From assembly GCA_025544715.1 (NCBI GenBank), contig GCA_025544715.1_4109.3: a stretch of DNA of 64,000 bases; one strand, given 5' to 3'. The stretch is from Escherichia coli (lineage in GTDB: Bacteria; Pseudomonadota; Gammaproteobacteria; Enterobacterales; Enterobacteriaceae). A program made the position numbers and the translations under genes. The notes under the pieces are model-generated. The model did no database searches. It saw nothing but the letters and a program-made list of their open reading frames with translations, and was not told the origin of the DNA. Position 1 is the first letter of the stretch, and the number at the start of each line of letters is the position of its first letter. Below are positions 16,136-26,277 of the stretch, in pieces.

Positions 16136-18925
16136 TTATAAATCACGGAAACGATTTGGTGTGTTTAAACGGTACATTGAGTATAACCCCAATCCACGCA
16201 TAATCTCACCTGCCCAGAAACCAAAAAACATACCATTATCAGTACCTTCTCTAACTGCTGGACTCCATGATCCATTCATTGGGGAACTTGGATTTACAAT
16301 AACATAATTCTTTTGAAGTTCTAAAACTAAGTTATCAGCGAGTGTCGTTAGACCTTCTATTTTACATCCAGCTAATCCAGCAGCACAAGCCCCAGCTAAC
16401 CACAACCCACACATATGACCTGTAAAGTCCCAATCTGGTCCTTCAACTGTGCCATCTTTATTGAAGATTGTTGGTGAACGACCATCATTATCTTTTTGAA
16501 ATTGAATTAAAAAGTGAATCCAATTCTCACAAAAATCAACAAGATCTGCTGGTGGTTCGATTCCTCTTTCTGCAAGTTCTTGCCATGCTCTTGCAGCCCC
16601 AAAGAATGCACGAGGTTCATACCCGCTCCATGCTTGATCTCCCCAGTGTAGCATTGTGAACGTGTCTGGTTCACCATATTTTAAGTTATCCCAGCGGTTC
16701 CAAACATATGCTTGTGCACATGGACCAACAGTACCGAATTGTTGAGTAAACCATGTTTGAGAATCTTTCATAAAGCTTAACATGTTGCCTAAACGTGTGT
16801 TATCTACTGGTTGGTCTTTAAAACAATATATCACTGGATACTGATAACCAGGATAAGGCAATCCACGCCAACCAGAATACTGATTCGCATACGGGTCAGT
16901 GATGTTAGAAAATGGTATTGTTCCAGGAGTGTAATGCAATGAGTTTAACAAATAATCTTTGATTACACAATCCCCTAACTGTGCAGTATAAGGTGATTCA
17001 CCTGCAATTGTTATTGAGAATGTCATGGTATAGTCATCACCGTCAGCATCCGTATATAATTCTGGAATGTCATTAATACAATACCAATCAATTATTGCAG
17101 CAACACCATCTACTGGGGTTGTATCAGGTAAAATAGTAATATCTTCTAGCTCACTATAAACTGGTGCATCTGGTCTTGGATCAGAACTTGGATGATTTGG
17201 CTGATACCCAGATAAACGTAATGTATCAGAACTTAGTGTGATAGTAGTCCATTCCCCGTGTGTTGCAGGAATCATCCACCACCATCTCCAACCATTATCA
17301 TCTACAATTCGTATATTATAATCATCTTCATATGAACGATATGTGAAAGATTTAACTTCAGACTTATTTGTTGCTAATAACCAAAATCCAATAACAGCAC
17401 CATCATCTTCACCACAAACCAACTGATTAATTGTATCGCGTCTTGTGATTAATATATCAGTACTATATAACATTTCTGATGTAGCTGCACCATAAGGAAC
17501 AACAATTCTACTATCAGCAATTATATAAGGGGAACCATCTGCTTTCTTTTCTCTAACAAATGCACTTAAAGGTGTTAATGAATGTGTGATATTTTGGTCT
17601 TTACTTTCTGGTAAGCCGCAACGATAACGAACAACATCATGGTCATTTTTTGTTTTTGACAATTCCAGTACTGGTTTAAATGATAACGGTTTACCATCAT
17701 CGCACACGCCACCATAGTCAACTAGCAATTTTGAATCAGCATTTACCCTGAACCAAATAGCTTGTTGCTCCATCGTACTCTGTGCACTTTGGTCTTGTCT
17801 GATAGTAATGTATCCTAACGAATTTCTACCAAACTTAGCAATAGCATCACTTGGATAAAAATATTCATAGGAAATACCATCAGTGAATGGTGTGGTTACA
17901 ATTGTACTTTGTCTGAAAAATTTATCTCTGGAGTCGATATCACCATAAGCATAGCATGTGAGTAGTGAACATTTCCAACCCAAATAATGTTTTCTTTCTT
18001 TAGTTATTTTATATAACAAATACGAAGCATCACTGAACCATAATTCTGCATCTGATGCGTTATCAGCAAATTCTAAATTAATTGGAACATGAAGTGGGCG
18101 GTTGTGTTGCATTTCATTTCGTTGAATTATTACACCACCATATTCTACTGGTTGACGATTAGCAAAATTTAATTTATATACACCATTAATTGTTGTATTC
18201 TTTAATTGAACAGTTCCTTTTTCAGATTCGTCAAAACCTTCTGCTAAAATATTACCATCCCAGTCGATTTTTCTACCCATGAAATCAATAACCCAGTCAA
18301 CATCATATTGTTCACCTGGTGTATCCCAATCAACACTACCATCTGGTAATAAAGCTTTTACTGACGCATTTATTTGGTTCCATGCTAAAGCACCTTTGAA
18401 TGCAAATGTCACTTTATCCAAGAACTGACCATAATATGGTGCACCATGTGGTATTTTGCATTGACCATTAGTAAATGTAAATTCTACTCCCTTGAAACCA
18501 CCATGTGTGGGCCAGCCATCATCAGCTAAAGGCCAGTTAGCCAATATAGGTTCTTTTGCATTAACTATCCAGTTACATTGTAGCGGTGTAGGTGGATCTG
18601 GTAATTCACGTCCAGCATAAAAGTACTGATGATATGCGTCCCAATACCACTTTGCCTTATCTAAAAACATTGGATCATTTGTAGCCAGATATGCATAAAT
18701 GTATCCTAAAATTAATAGACTTTGACCTTCTGTTGTCCCGTCACCGTTTGGTTGACCTTCCATTGCAGAATAGTTAATAAAATGGCGGTTGTTCGCCAAA
18801 ACACCCTGATTGTTCACCACATAATGCTGTACTGTTGGGTCTATTGTATCACCAGTATTTCTTTCAATAAATTTGTGATGCCCATAAAGAAGTTGTACAA
18901 TATTATCAATATTATTGTTTAACAT
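16136..18925 (-). CDS. large virion-associated protein (929 aa), possible tailspike/depolymerase
   Basis: Aromatic-rich (W/Y) sequence typical of carbohydrate-active folds; follows tail-fibre-associated ORF; no specific catalytic motif identified. Confidence 0.5.
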   Translation of the reverse strand: MLNNNIDNIVQLLYGHHKFIERNTGDTIDPTVQHYVVNNQGVLANNRHFINYSAMEGQPNGDGTTEGQSLLILGYIYAYLATNDPMFLDKAKWYWDAYHQYFYAGRELPDPPTPLQCNWIVNAKEPILANWPLADDGWPTHGGFKGVEFTFTNGQCKIPHGAPYYGQFLDKVTFAFKGALAWNQINASVKALLPDGSVDWDTPGEQYDVDWVIDFMGRKIDWDGNILAEGFDESEKGTVQLKNTTINGVYKLNFANRQPVEYGGVIIQRNEMQHNRPLHVPINLEFADNASDAELWFSDASYLLYKITKERKHYLGWKCSLLTCYAYGDIDSRDKFFRQSTIVTTPFTDGISYEYFYPSDAIAKFGRNSLGYITIRQDQSAQSTMEQQAIWFRVNADSKLLVDYGGVCDDGKPLSFKPVLELSKTKNDHDVVRYRCGLPESKDQNITHSLTPLSAFVREKKADGSPYIIADSRIVVPYGAATSEMLYSTDILITRRDTINQLVCGEDDGAVIGFWLLATNKSEVKSFTYRSYEDDYNIRIVDDNGWRWWWMIPATHGEWTTITLSSDTLRLSGYQPNHPSSDPRPDAPVYSELEDITILPDTTPVDGVAAIIDWYCINDIPELYTDADGDDYTMTFSITIAGESPYTAQLGDCVIKDYLLNSLHYTPGTIPFSNITDPYANQYSGWRGLPYPGYQYPVIYCFKDQPVDNTRLGNMLSFMKDSQTWFTQQFGTVGPCAQAYVWNRWDNLKYGEPDTFTMLHWGDQAWSGYEPRAFFGAARAWQELAERGIEPPADLVDFCENWIHFLIQFQKDNDGRSPTIFNKDGTVEGPDWDFTGHMCGLWLAGACAAGLAGCKIEGLTTLADNLVLELQKNYVIVNPSSPMNGSWSPAVREGTDNGMFFGFWAGEIMRGLGLYSMYRLNTPNRFRDL

Positions 18926-18926
18926 A

Positions 18927-19463
18927 TCATACTCCTGCTCTAATTAATGCACCGTACCATGTAACTCCTTTATCATATGTTTCTAATGAAATAATATCTT
19001 TTTCACCAATTTCATAAGAAAGAACAACTGGTCTATTATATGACCATTTAACATTTGAACCCCAATTAACGAGGTTAGACCCTGTTTGCTGAGTTAATAG
19101 GATAGTAATTGAATAAACTTCAGTAGGAGCAGCACCAATAGCAATAGTGGTATTTCTGTCAGATAAATTAATATTAAAAACTGTATTACCTGATAGGGGA
19201 TTAATTAAAATATTATTAGAACTCAATACATTATATAACTTGTTACTAGCACTATCATACAATGTTACCCATTCTGTTTCATGATTCTCATTAGTAGCTT
19301 TAGCTTTTATTTTTACATTATTTTCGGAAGAAGTCATTCCAGTCCAGCCAGAAATAATAAAAGAACTGTTTTTATTTGTTCCAAATGATGCAATTACCGA
19401 ATCACTAAGAGAACTATCTTCACCGTCAATAGATCCGAGTACTGACAATGTTAAAACCATCAT
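18927..19463 (-). CDS. tail-fibre-associated protein (178 aa)
   Basis: S/T/N-rich ORF immediately upstream of 929-aa gene; frame closed by TAA just upstream of ATG ATG. Confidence 0.45.
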   Translation of the reverse strand: MMVLTLSVLGSIDGEDSSLSDSVIASFGTNKNSSFIISGWTGMTSSENNVKIKAKATNENHETEWVTLYDSASNKLYNVLSSNNILINPLSGNTVFNINLSDRNTTIAIGAAPTEVYSITILLTQQTGSNLVNWGSNVKWSYNRPVVLSYEIGEKDIISLETYDKGVTWYGALIRAGV

Positions 19464-19569
19464 TTTTAATGTCTACACCAGTTGCACCTGAAAAATTATT
19501 TTGAAATTTAATAACTCCGGTAGTGTGGATATCTGTGAAAATTTGTTGTGCCATACTTAATCCTTGCGT

Positions 19570-19578
19570 TAATTTATA
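19570..19578 (-). promoter_or_regulatory. late-promoter-like motif (TATAAATt)
   Basis: Minus strand TATAAATTA about 15 nt upstream of an AAGGA RBS and ATG at 19554. Confidence 0.3.
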
Positions 19579-19631
19579 TTGAGTATTTATCGAGTATAAT
19601 GGCATTTTTAGTACCATTATACTCATGTATA

Positions 19632-20864
19632 TTACTTATACCATTGCATTTCTCTGATATCAATGATAATTTTTGATGCTAATTTAATGTTTGGTTTTTT
19701 GGGAAGTACTGATTTCTTATATAGAACATCACGAATGTATTGTACTTTATCATCGAAATATTCTAATACTTCTTCATACTTCCACTTACCATTACGAATA
19801 TCCATCAACATTTGTGCATCAGGTCGTTTAACTTGAATAATTCCACTCTGTAATGCTTCTTCTGCACTATTCAAAAGTCTAATTGTGTGCATAGCATGTT
19901 TACAATCGTATCCGTGTTGTGATTCTAAAATAGCACGTTTGGCATTACGATTTTCTTTCCATTTATGATAACTTTTCCTATTCTCACTATTCTCCTGATA
20001 TTCTTTTTCGTTAAATTTTACAATTAGTTCTGGTTTGGTTTTCAACTCTTCAGTACTACGTTCTTTAGAAAAATAACGCAATGAACCATCATGGTTAATA
20101 GTGCTTTCATTAGGATTCTTAACAATCGCAAAAATGTTTTCTCCGTAATGAATTAGTTCATAACCATTATTAAAATTCAATAAATTGAAATCACGATCAA
20201 GAATTTTTTCAGTAGTGTAGTTATGTACTAATCTTACGAAATGATATTGCTTTAATGGATTTTTCGAAACTAACTGCAATGATGTATCACGCATATATTT
20301 TTCAAAATCAATCTTTTTAGCATTAAATGGATGTAAGTTGGATGTATCTAAACGTTCAACAAGATACTGTGGGAATGAATCATACATCCACGCAAGAACC
20401 TCATCGACAGGGTGTTCTTCTAAAATCTCATTTAATCGTTTTTCAGCAATACGCTCTTTATCCATCCAACCGTGATGATTTGTCATACGCTTAATCTGAT
20501 TATATGCATATCCAGTGTATGAAAATGCAATCTTGGAACTAAGAAGTTTTTGGTTAAATGAACGAAGATAGTCATAAATTTCAGTACTTTCAACAATGTG
20601 TTCAGGTTCAACCCAAAGTGATTCAAGAATATTAGGGTTAGCTTCAGTGTATAATTTTAAATACTGATTCAACTCATAGAATTTAGTATCTTCTTCGCTT
20701 TTATCAGCTACCTCTTTGACCTTATAGAAGGGTGTAAGAATAAATTCTTTATTAGCAAGAAAAATACCACGATAATCAGTATCACTTTCAGGTGTACTGG
20801 TTCCGTAGGCTTGTGACCCAGCCAAGTGTTTCACTATTGTTTGTTCAATATATTGGTTATTCAT
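19632..20864 (-). CDS. Pol-beta-superfamily nucleotidyltransferase domain protein (410 aa)
   Basis: N-terminal hLAGSQAYGTSTPESDTDYRGIF matches the GS-x9-13-DxD nucleotidyltransferase signature. Confidence 0.5.
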   Translation of the reverse strand: MNNQYIEQTIVKHLAGSQAYGTSTPESDTDYRGIFLANKEFILTPFYKVKEVADKSEEDTKFYELNQYLKLYTEANPNILESLWVEPEHIVESTEIYDYLRSFNQKLLSSKIAFSYTGYAYNQIKRMTNHHGWMDKERIAEKRLNEILEEHPVDEVLAWMYDSFPQYLVERLDTSNLHPFNAKKIDFEKYMRDTSLQLVSKNPLKQYHFVRLVHNYTTEKILDRDFNLLNFNNGYELIHYGENIFAIVKNPNESTINHDGSLRYFSKERSTEELKTKPELIVKFNEKEYQENSENRKSYHKWKENRNAKRAILESQHGYDCKHAMHTIRLLNSAEEALQSGIIQVKRPDAQMLMDIRNGKWKYEEVLEYFDDKVQYIRDVLYKKSVLPKKPNIKLASKIIIDIREMQWYK

Positions 20865-21262
20865 AGATAAATTGTTAACTCCTTTAAGAAACCATTATAA
20901 TAACGATTAAAGTCATGTTCTAATGTTTTATAATCATCAAAACTAAAACCTAAATTGATAATTGTATCTTCTTGAAAGAAAGTTTCTTCATTCATACATT
21001 CAATAGGTTCGTAATTAATTCCACCTTTGAAAACTTTTGTAAAAAACATTCCATCATTATTAATTTCAACATACATAAAATTATTTTCTGGGTCACGAGG
21101 ACAGACGATATTCAGTGAACTATTTCCACTCGTATTGTACTCATAAGAAATTATATCAAAAGAATCAATACCATAACACTTAGATTTTTCTTTATCGCCA
21201 AATACTTTTCTATCTGTACTCATATTGCGTATAGTGCTATAGATATCATCAACTGTAGTCAT
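20861..21262 (-). CDS. hypothetical protein (133 aa)
   Basis: ORF. Confidence 0.45.
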   Translation of the reverse strand: MTTVDDIYSTIRNMSTDRKVFGDKEKSKCYGIDSFDIISYEYNTSGNSSLNIVCPRDPENNFMYVEINNDGMFFTKVFKGGINYEPIECMNEETFFQEDTIINLGFSFDDYKTLEHDFNRYYNGFLKELTIYL

Positions 21263-21264
21263 AG

Positions 21265-21774
21265 TTAACCACCATACTTTGACTTGTATGTTTCAAGTGA
21301 TAAAGATATACGATTTTGCTTTTTAATTCTTTCATCAATATCCTTTGAATTCTTCACACTTCGGTATACGTCAGCTAATAAATTATAATCTTCTTTATTT
21401 GAGCTATGCTGTGTCCAACCTATGTCTGTTTTAATACGAACACTTGCTTTATTTGACCAGTAAAAGAAACTGAAACCATTTGACCCATCAAAAATATCAA
21501 AAGTATCTACCCAATCACCATAAGGAAAACTCGTCGGGACTGACTCGTGGTCGATTGTGATATCCGATAAATTGTTTGAACAGTACTTCGCAAAGTGATA
21601 AACAATTGGATCACATTTAGATAATTCATATTTGTATTCAATGATAGTTTTTCTATTAGCATCATTGATAGCATATTCTTTCATCAATGGGCTTTTTTTG
21701 ATGATAAGAGTCCACAGAAACGATTCTAATCCGGTTTCATCAACTTTTTGTTTCTTTTTGAAAAATGAAATCAT
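21265..21774 (-). CDS. hypothetical protein, triplicated family member 1
   Basis: Shares NDANRKTIIEYKYELSK-type motif with 21771..22292 and 22299..22865. Confidence 0.5.
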   Translation of the reverse strand: MISFFKKKQKVDETGLESFLWTLIIKKSPLMKEYAINDANRKTIIEYKYELSKCDPIVYHFAKYCSNNLSDITIDHESVPTSFPYGDWVDTFDIFDGSNGFSFFYWSNKASVRIKTDIGWTQHSSNKEDYNLLADVYRSVKNSKDIDERIKKQNRISLSLETYKSKYGG

Positions 21775-22292
21775 TTATATAAACCCTTAATTTTCTGTCT
21801 ATTATGTATATCATTTTGCTGGATTTTCAATTTAGTAAGGTTGTTTCTTACACCTTCAACTCCACGCATTATTTGTAACATAATTAGTGATTCGTCATAT
21901 GTTAGTACATTGCTATTATTATCGATATATACTTTCACTCCACTTTCAAGATAATCATTTTCTTTGGAGTTAAAGTTTCTAATAGCAAACTTAACTTTAT
22001 TTGTTGTATCACTGAATACATATCGTTCCGCACCGTAGAATGTTTTTCCACGAAATAAACCGCCGTCTTCCCACTTCCAACGGCTAGATTCATAATCATT
22101 AACGTAATCAAGGATTAAAGAAAGTAAAGGATGTTTACTTAATTTATATTTTGCTTCTAACAGGATACGTCTATCATTATCTGTGGTGATAATATCCTTT
22201 AGTGAGTAGCTTTTAGATATAATTTTAAAGATAATTTCATGCCAAATTAATGTACTGTTTTGTTTTCCAACTGATCCAAAAAACATATCCAT
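21771..22292 (-). CDS. hypothetical protein, triplicated family member 2
   Basis: TDNDRRILLEAKYKLSK motif. Confidence 0.5.
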   Translation of the reverse strand: MDMFFGSVGKQNSTLIWHEIIFKIISKSYSLKDIITTDNDRRILLEAKYKLSKHPLLSLILDYVNDYESSRWKWEDGGLFRGKTFYGAERYVFSDTTNKVKFAIRNFNSKENDYLESGVKVYIDNNSNVLTYDESLIMLQIMRGVEGVRNNLTKLKIQQNDIHNRQKIKGLYK

Positions 22293-22298
22293 TCCTCA

Positions 22299-22865
22299 TT
22301 AGTATAAATCAGTAATGTCTTTGTATGCATTAATCTGTTTTTGTTGTAATGAAAGTTCATTGAGTTTAGTTACCATCTTATCTACACCAACACGTGTATA
22401 GAAAATAATTAATGAATCTAAATTGCCTAGAGTAATTCTTGAACTGTAAGTTGAAAGTTTTCTTGCATAAACATAAATTTCTTCTTCACTTGGTAAACGT
22501 TTCTCAATCAGCAAGTTTTCCACACCATTCGGCTCATAATCAATCTCGAACTCTACGCCTATCACTGTGTCTTGAATGCGATCCGTATATGAACCACCGT
22601 AAAAATACTCTCTTGGTTTGGATCTCCAACGAGAACTAAATGGGTCTGTTGCGTATTCTTTTACAAATTTGTAAAAGGACATTTTACTGAGCATATACTT
22701 CATCTCAATTAGTGCTTTGCGGTCATCATCAGTTTTAAACTCTGCTTTGAGCGATGGACTTTTACACAGTAACTTAACTAAATTGTTGTACATCTTTAAT
22801 GTACGTTGTTCTTTCATTTCTTTGATTTTGTGACGTTTTGGTGGTGGTAATAAAGATTTGACCAT
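22299..22865 (-). CDS. hypothetical protein, triplicated family member 3
   Basis: TDDDRKALIEMKYMLSK motif. Confidence 0.5.
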   Translation of the reverse strand: MVKSLLPPPKRHKIKEMKEQRTLKMYNNLVKLLCKSPSLKAEFKTDDDRKALIEMKYMLSKMSFYKFVKEYATDPFSSRWRSKPREYFYGGSYTDRIQDTVIGVEFEIDYEPNGVENLLIEKRLPSEEEIYVYARKLSTYSSRITLGNLDSLIIFYTRVGVDKMVTKLNELSLQQKQINAYKDITDLY

Positions 22866-22902
22866 AATTTCCTCCTATTTTTATTCAATTATACACATAA
22901 AA

Positions 22903-22930
22903 GAAAAGCCCGTCAATAGACGAGCTTTAA
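22903..22930 (-). terminator. imperfect hairpin terminator after tail-fibre operon
   Basis: aaagcccgtc/gacgagcttt stem (one mismatch) then T-rich run on minus strand. Confidence 0.35.
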
Positions 22931-22932
22931 AT

Positions 22933-25662
22933 TTATTTCCAACGTGTACCTGGACCTGATGGTACACCAGTACTGGCAGGTATCGCTGAACCACGTTTCG
23001 TTGTACTTGGGCGATATGTCAAAAAACGAGTCACTTTTTCAGTATCAATCGAAGTAATTCCTGAAGTTCCAGTAACTATCTTACCAATGTAAGTGCTAGT
23101 TAAAGATTCATCAATAGTTTCAGTACTAATAACATATGACGCTTTCTTAGTATTCCTGTTCATTTGTATATACAAATAGAACGTAGTATTAGCTGGATTA
23201 CTTTTTACCGTACTTAAATCTACACTTTGTATAGGTAGTCTGTCGAAAATTCCACCTAAAAACACCGGAACTTCACGTGTAAAGTACACTGAGAATCCTT
23301 GTGCAACGTCTTGTGATACTACCACAATCTTTTCTTTAACGCTACCATTTCCGCTAATTAAACCATCCATTTCAGCAGATGTTGTACCAAAAACGCTGAA
23401 TACAGATTTGGTTTGATAGTCAGAATCTTGAAAATTGTAATATCCAAAACCAACACCAGGAATAACACCATGTTGATATGCTGCACCGAGTTGGATGTAA
23501 CTAGATGACAAAAAACGATTTGATGTTATGACACCATCTACCGTTTTAGCTATCATCATCTTAAATTGTGCATTACCTGGTTGTGAAAATTGATGAACTG
23601 CATCAACACCAATGTAACCGAATCCTGAATATTTAGCAACTGTTAGACCAGTACAACGTTTCATATATGCTTCAGTAATAATTCCTGTAACAGAACTAAG
23701 TGTCTCATATCTAGTACTTACCAATGAAGCTGAAGTTATGTTAGTTCCAGATAATACAACATCAACTTCGGCATAAATTGCATAACCTTGGTTATTGTTA
23801 AGATTATATGCTGAAACTACTGCAATGGATTTAGAAAAAGTATTATCAGGTACATAATATAATACAATTTGTCCAGATAGTGTACCAACAATGCCAGAGT
23901 TTCCTAGATTAGCAAAAATATCTTGTTTTAATGATTCTAATACCGTTGGTTCTATTGTATATGTTTCATCAAATTCTAAAGTATCTGGGTTTAATAATCC
24001 ACCACTTGTTTTATATACACCTTCAATGAATGATGTTCCATAGCATCTAACACTACCATCGGTATCAACAAGAGAAATCATAGCAGTGTATGTAAAATCA
24101 TCACCTATTTGTTTACGATTAGATTGTGGTGCAAAACCATTTAATGTAGTATTATTTTGAACTGAGTTATATTGATATGTTGGTTGTGAGCCTATTTCAG
24201 AAAAAACAGTATTATTATAATTATATGTTACATCATCATACGTACCAGAACATGCTAATAATATTTTTCTATTATCGATGAAACGTACACCTAATAGGTT
24301 TGCACCAACAGCACTACCAAAAACTGGTAAAACGTTTGCATTTATAACGTTACTTGCGGATCTAGTACTAGCAACCCATGAATCAAACGGTGTGCCACTA
24401 ACCTTATATCGTTGTAGACCATAAAATTCAGTTGAACTCCATCTAAATTTAGATGCAAATACTAAACCATCTTTGGTTTGACATAAACCACCTGCGTTTC
24501 CTAATACACCAGCAGCAGTTGTCCCAGTGAAGTTGACCATATCGATTTCAAATGGGTTAGAAACTTGAAATCCATTATTATATGAAACTGTAGCAGGAGC
24601 ACGAGCAGAACCATCTAGTGACATAGATTTTGAGTTTATATTATAAACAAAACTGATACCAGTACCATACACTGTTGAAATATATAAAGGTGTAACCATT
24701 CTATGTGTTGGGTATAAAGTTACACGTATTTTGGATAAATCAGTACTAACGTTTGCTTGTATATTAAAGTCTGTATAATCCGAAAATTCTACACGTGAGA
24801 CTGGTGATGTAACTTCGAATAATGAATCCGAGCTAGTACCAACACTATATAATCTATCAAACACTCTTATGTTATTAGATGCAGAATAACTTGTATTTCT
24901 AACAGTTTGCCCTGATAATCCAGTAACTTTTGTTAATGATGCCATTGAGCTTGCTTTCACATCACTTAGCTCTACTGTATAAATTGAAAGTGCTAATCCT
25001 AAATTAGAAACACTTTTATCTTTACACCAAATATATACTTTTGTTCCAACAATATGAGTATATATAGGCATATCATTACCAAAAGAAGTACTTGGTACTT
25101 TAGCATGAATATGTGATACTTCGTTGAATGTACCATTAGTTATAGTAAAAATATAATTATCTTCTGTACTTAAACATCCAAGCATTTCATAACCATTAGA
25201 GCCAATAAAATACTTAATATTCTCTGTACTACTCATAATTGAAGGTTTATACATTGAATTGGTTGAAATAACACTTTCTTGTGAAATCATGGTTATATTT
25301 CTGATTTCTCGTATAAATGAATAATAAAAACCTTTAGTACTGCCATTCGTCCCACTACGTAGAACAACAGCAGTACCATCATCTTCAATAATAGTCGGTT
25401 GAACAACTTGATCACTTGACATAGGTGTAGCACCTTCATACGACCCACTTACGTTTAATGGTAAGTAATCCATTTCTCCTACACGTGATATAGGCAACAT
25501 ATCTAAAATACTTTGAACTTCAGAACGCTTGTATATTGGATATTGAACAATTCCAGTATTTGCATTCGGTGAGGTTCCATTGAAAGTACGCATAGCGTAC
25601 CTTCCTCCAATTGCTAAGTTCCCAAGGATCTCGGCACTTCCTATAATTCGTTTTGATGACAT
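22933..25662 (-). CDS. tail fibre protein (909 aa)
   Basis: S/T/N/G-rich beta-type sequence; N-terminal MPIS..G..YLP..VSG and DGT.VLLRSGTNGS shared with 26278..28974; C-terminal domain shared with both neighbours; start re-assigned to MSSKR with AAGGAA RBS (track 25752). Confidence 0.6.
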   Translation of the reverse strand: MSSKRIIGSAEILGNLAIGGRYAMRTFNGTSPNANTGIVQYPIYKRSEVQSILDMLPISRVGEMDYLPLNVSGSYEGATPMSSDQVVQPTIIEDDGTAVVLRSGTNGSTKGFYYSFIREIRNITMISQESVISTNSMYKPSIMSSTENIKYFIGSNGYEMLGCLSTEDNYIFTITNGTFNEVSHIHAKVPSTSFGNDMPIYTHIVGTKVYIWCKDKSVSNLGLALSIYTVELSDVKASSMASLTKVTGLSGQTVRNTSYSASNNIRVFDRLYSVGTSSDSLFEVTSPVSRVEFSDYTDFNIQANVSTDLSKIRVTLYPTHRMVTPLYISTVYGTGISFVYNINSKSMSLDGSARAPATVSYNNGFQVSNPFEIDMVNFTGTTAAGVLGNAGGLCQTKDGLVFASKFRWSSTEFYGLQRYKVSGTPFDSWVASTRSASNVINANVLPVFGSAVGANLLGVRFIDNRKILLACSGTYDDVTYNYNNTVFSEIGSQPTYQYNSVQNNTTLNGFAPQSNRKQIGDDFTYTAMISLVDTDGSVRCYGTSFIEGVYKTSGGLLNPDTLEFDETYTIEPTVLESLKQDIFANLGNSGIVGTLSGQIVLYYVPDNTFSKSIAVVSAYNLNNNQGYAIYAEVDVVLSGTNITSASLVSTRYETLSSVTGIITEAYMKRCTGLTVAKYSGFGYIGVDAVHQFSQPGNAQFKMMIAKTVDGVITSNRFLSSSYIQLGAAYQHGVIPGVGFGYYNFQDSDYQTKSVFSVFGTTSAEMDGLISGNGSVKEKIVVVSQDVAQGFSVYFTREVPVFLGGIFDRLPIQSVDLSTVKSNPANTTFYLYIQMNRNTKKASYVISTETIDESLTSTYIGKIVTGTSGITSIDTEKVTRFLTYRPSTTKRGSAIPASTGVPSGPGTRWK

Positions 25663-25678
25663 CTTTCTTTTCCTTAAT

Positions 25679-26266
25679 TTACCAACCAATTGTACCAGTT
25701 TCTGATGGTTTCCCAGTACTGACTGGGAATGAAGAACCTTTTTGTGTAACACTAGGTCTATATGTACTAAATCTGGATACTTTATTAATGTTTATATTTG
25801 TAATGCCACTTGTACCAACGGTAAGAGTTCCAATAAACATTATAATTTCAGATTCTTGTATTTGTGTTGGTGATACTTTATATATTGGTTCACCGAGAAC
25901 TAACGTTGCATATACATATTGTGTTTGTGTCCCAGATGAAACTGTTGAAGCAAAAATAGAAACTGCTGGAAATTTATAAAGATAACCACCAATAAATGAT
26001 GGTATTTCTCTATTAAATGTAAGACTATAACCAGACGAAGTAATATTTAGACTTGCATCATCATACAATTCACCGTATTGTGTGAGTGGTAATCCATTTA
26101 CAATAAAATTAACTTCATCTTTAGTAATAGAGGGGAATGTACATTCCCCATTTGAATTTGTTGGGTAATAAGTCATATTATTACCTAATACACCAAGTCC
26201 AGTACTTTTACCCTGTACTGTAACTTGTTGCATTGCCTTAAGGTCTGCTCTTATTTTATATGCCAT
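25679..26266 (-). CDS. tail fibre distal-domain paralog (195 aa)
   Basis: Standalone copy of the C-terminal roughly 130-aa domain of both long fibre genes, ending ...TYRPS...KGSSFPVSTGKPSETGTIGW. Confidence 0.55.
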   Translation of the reverse strand: MAYKIRADLKAMQQVTVQGKSTGLGVLGNNMTYYPTNSNGECTFPSITKDEVNFIVNGLPLTQYGELYDDASLNITSSGYSLTFNREIPSFIGGYLYKFPAVSIFASTVSSGTQTQYVYATLVLGEPIYKVSPTQIQESEIIMFIGTLTVGTSGITNININKVSRFSTYRPSVTQKGSSFPVSTGKPSETGTIGW

Positions 26267-26277
26267 TATGTAATCCT

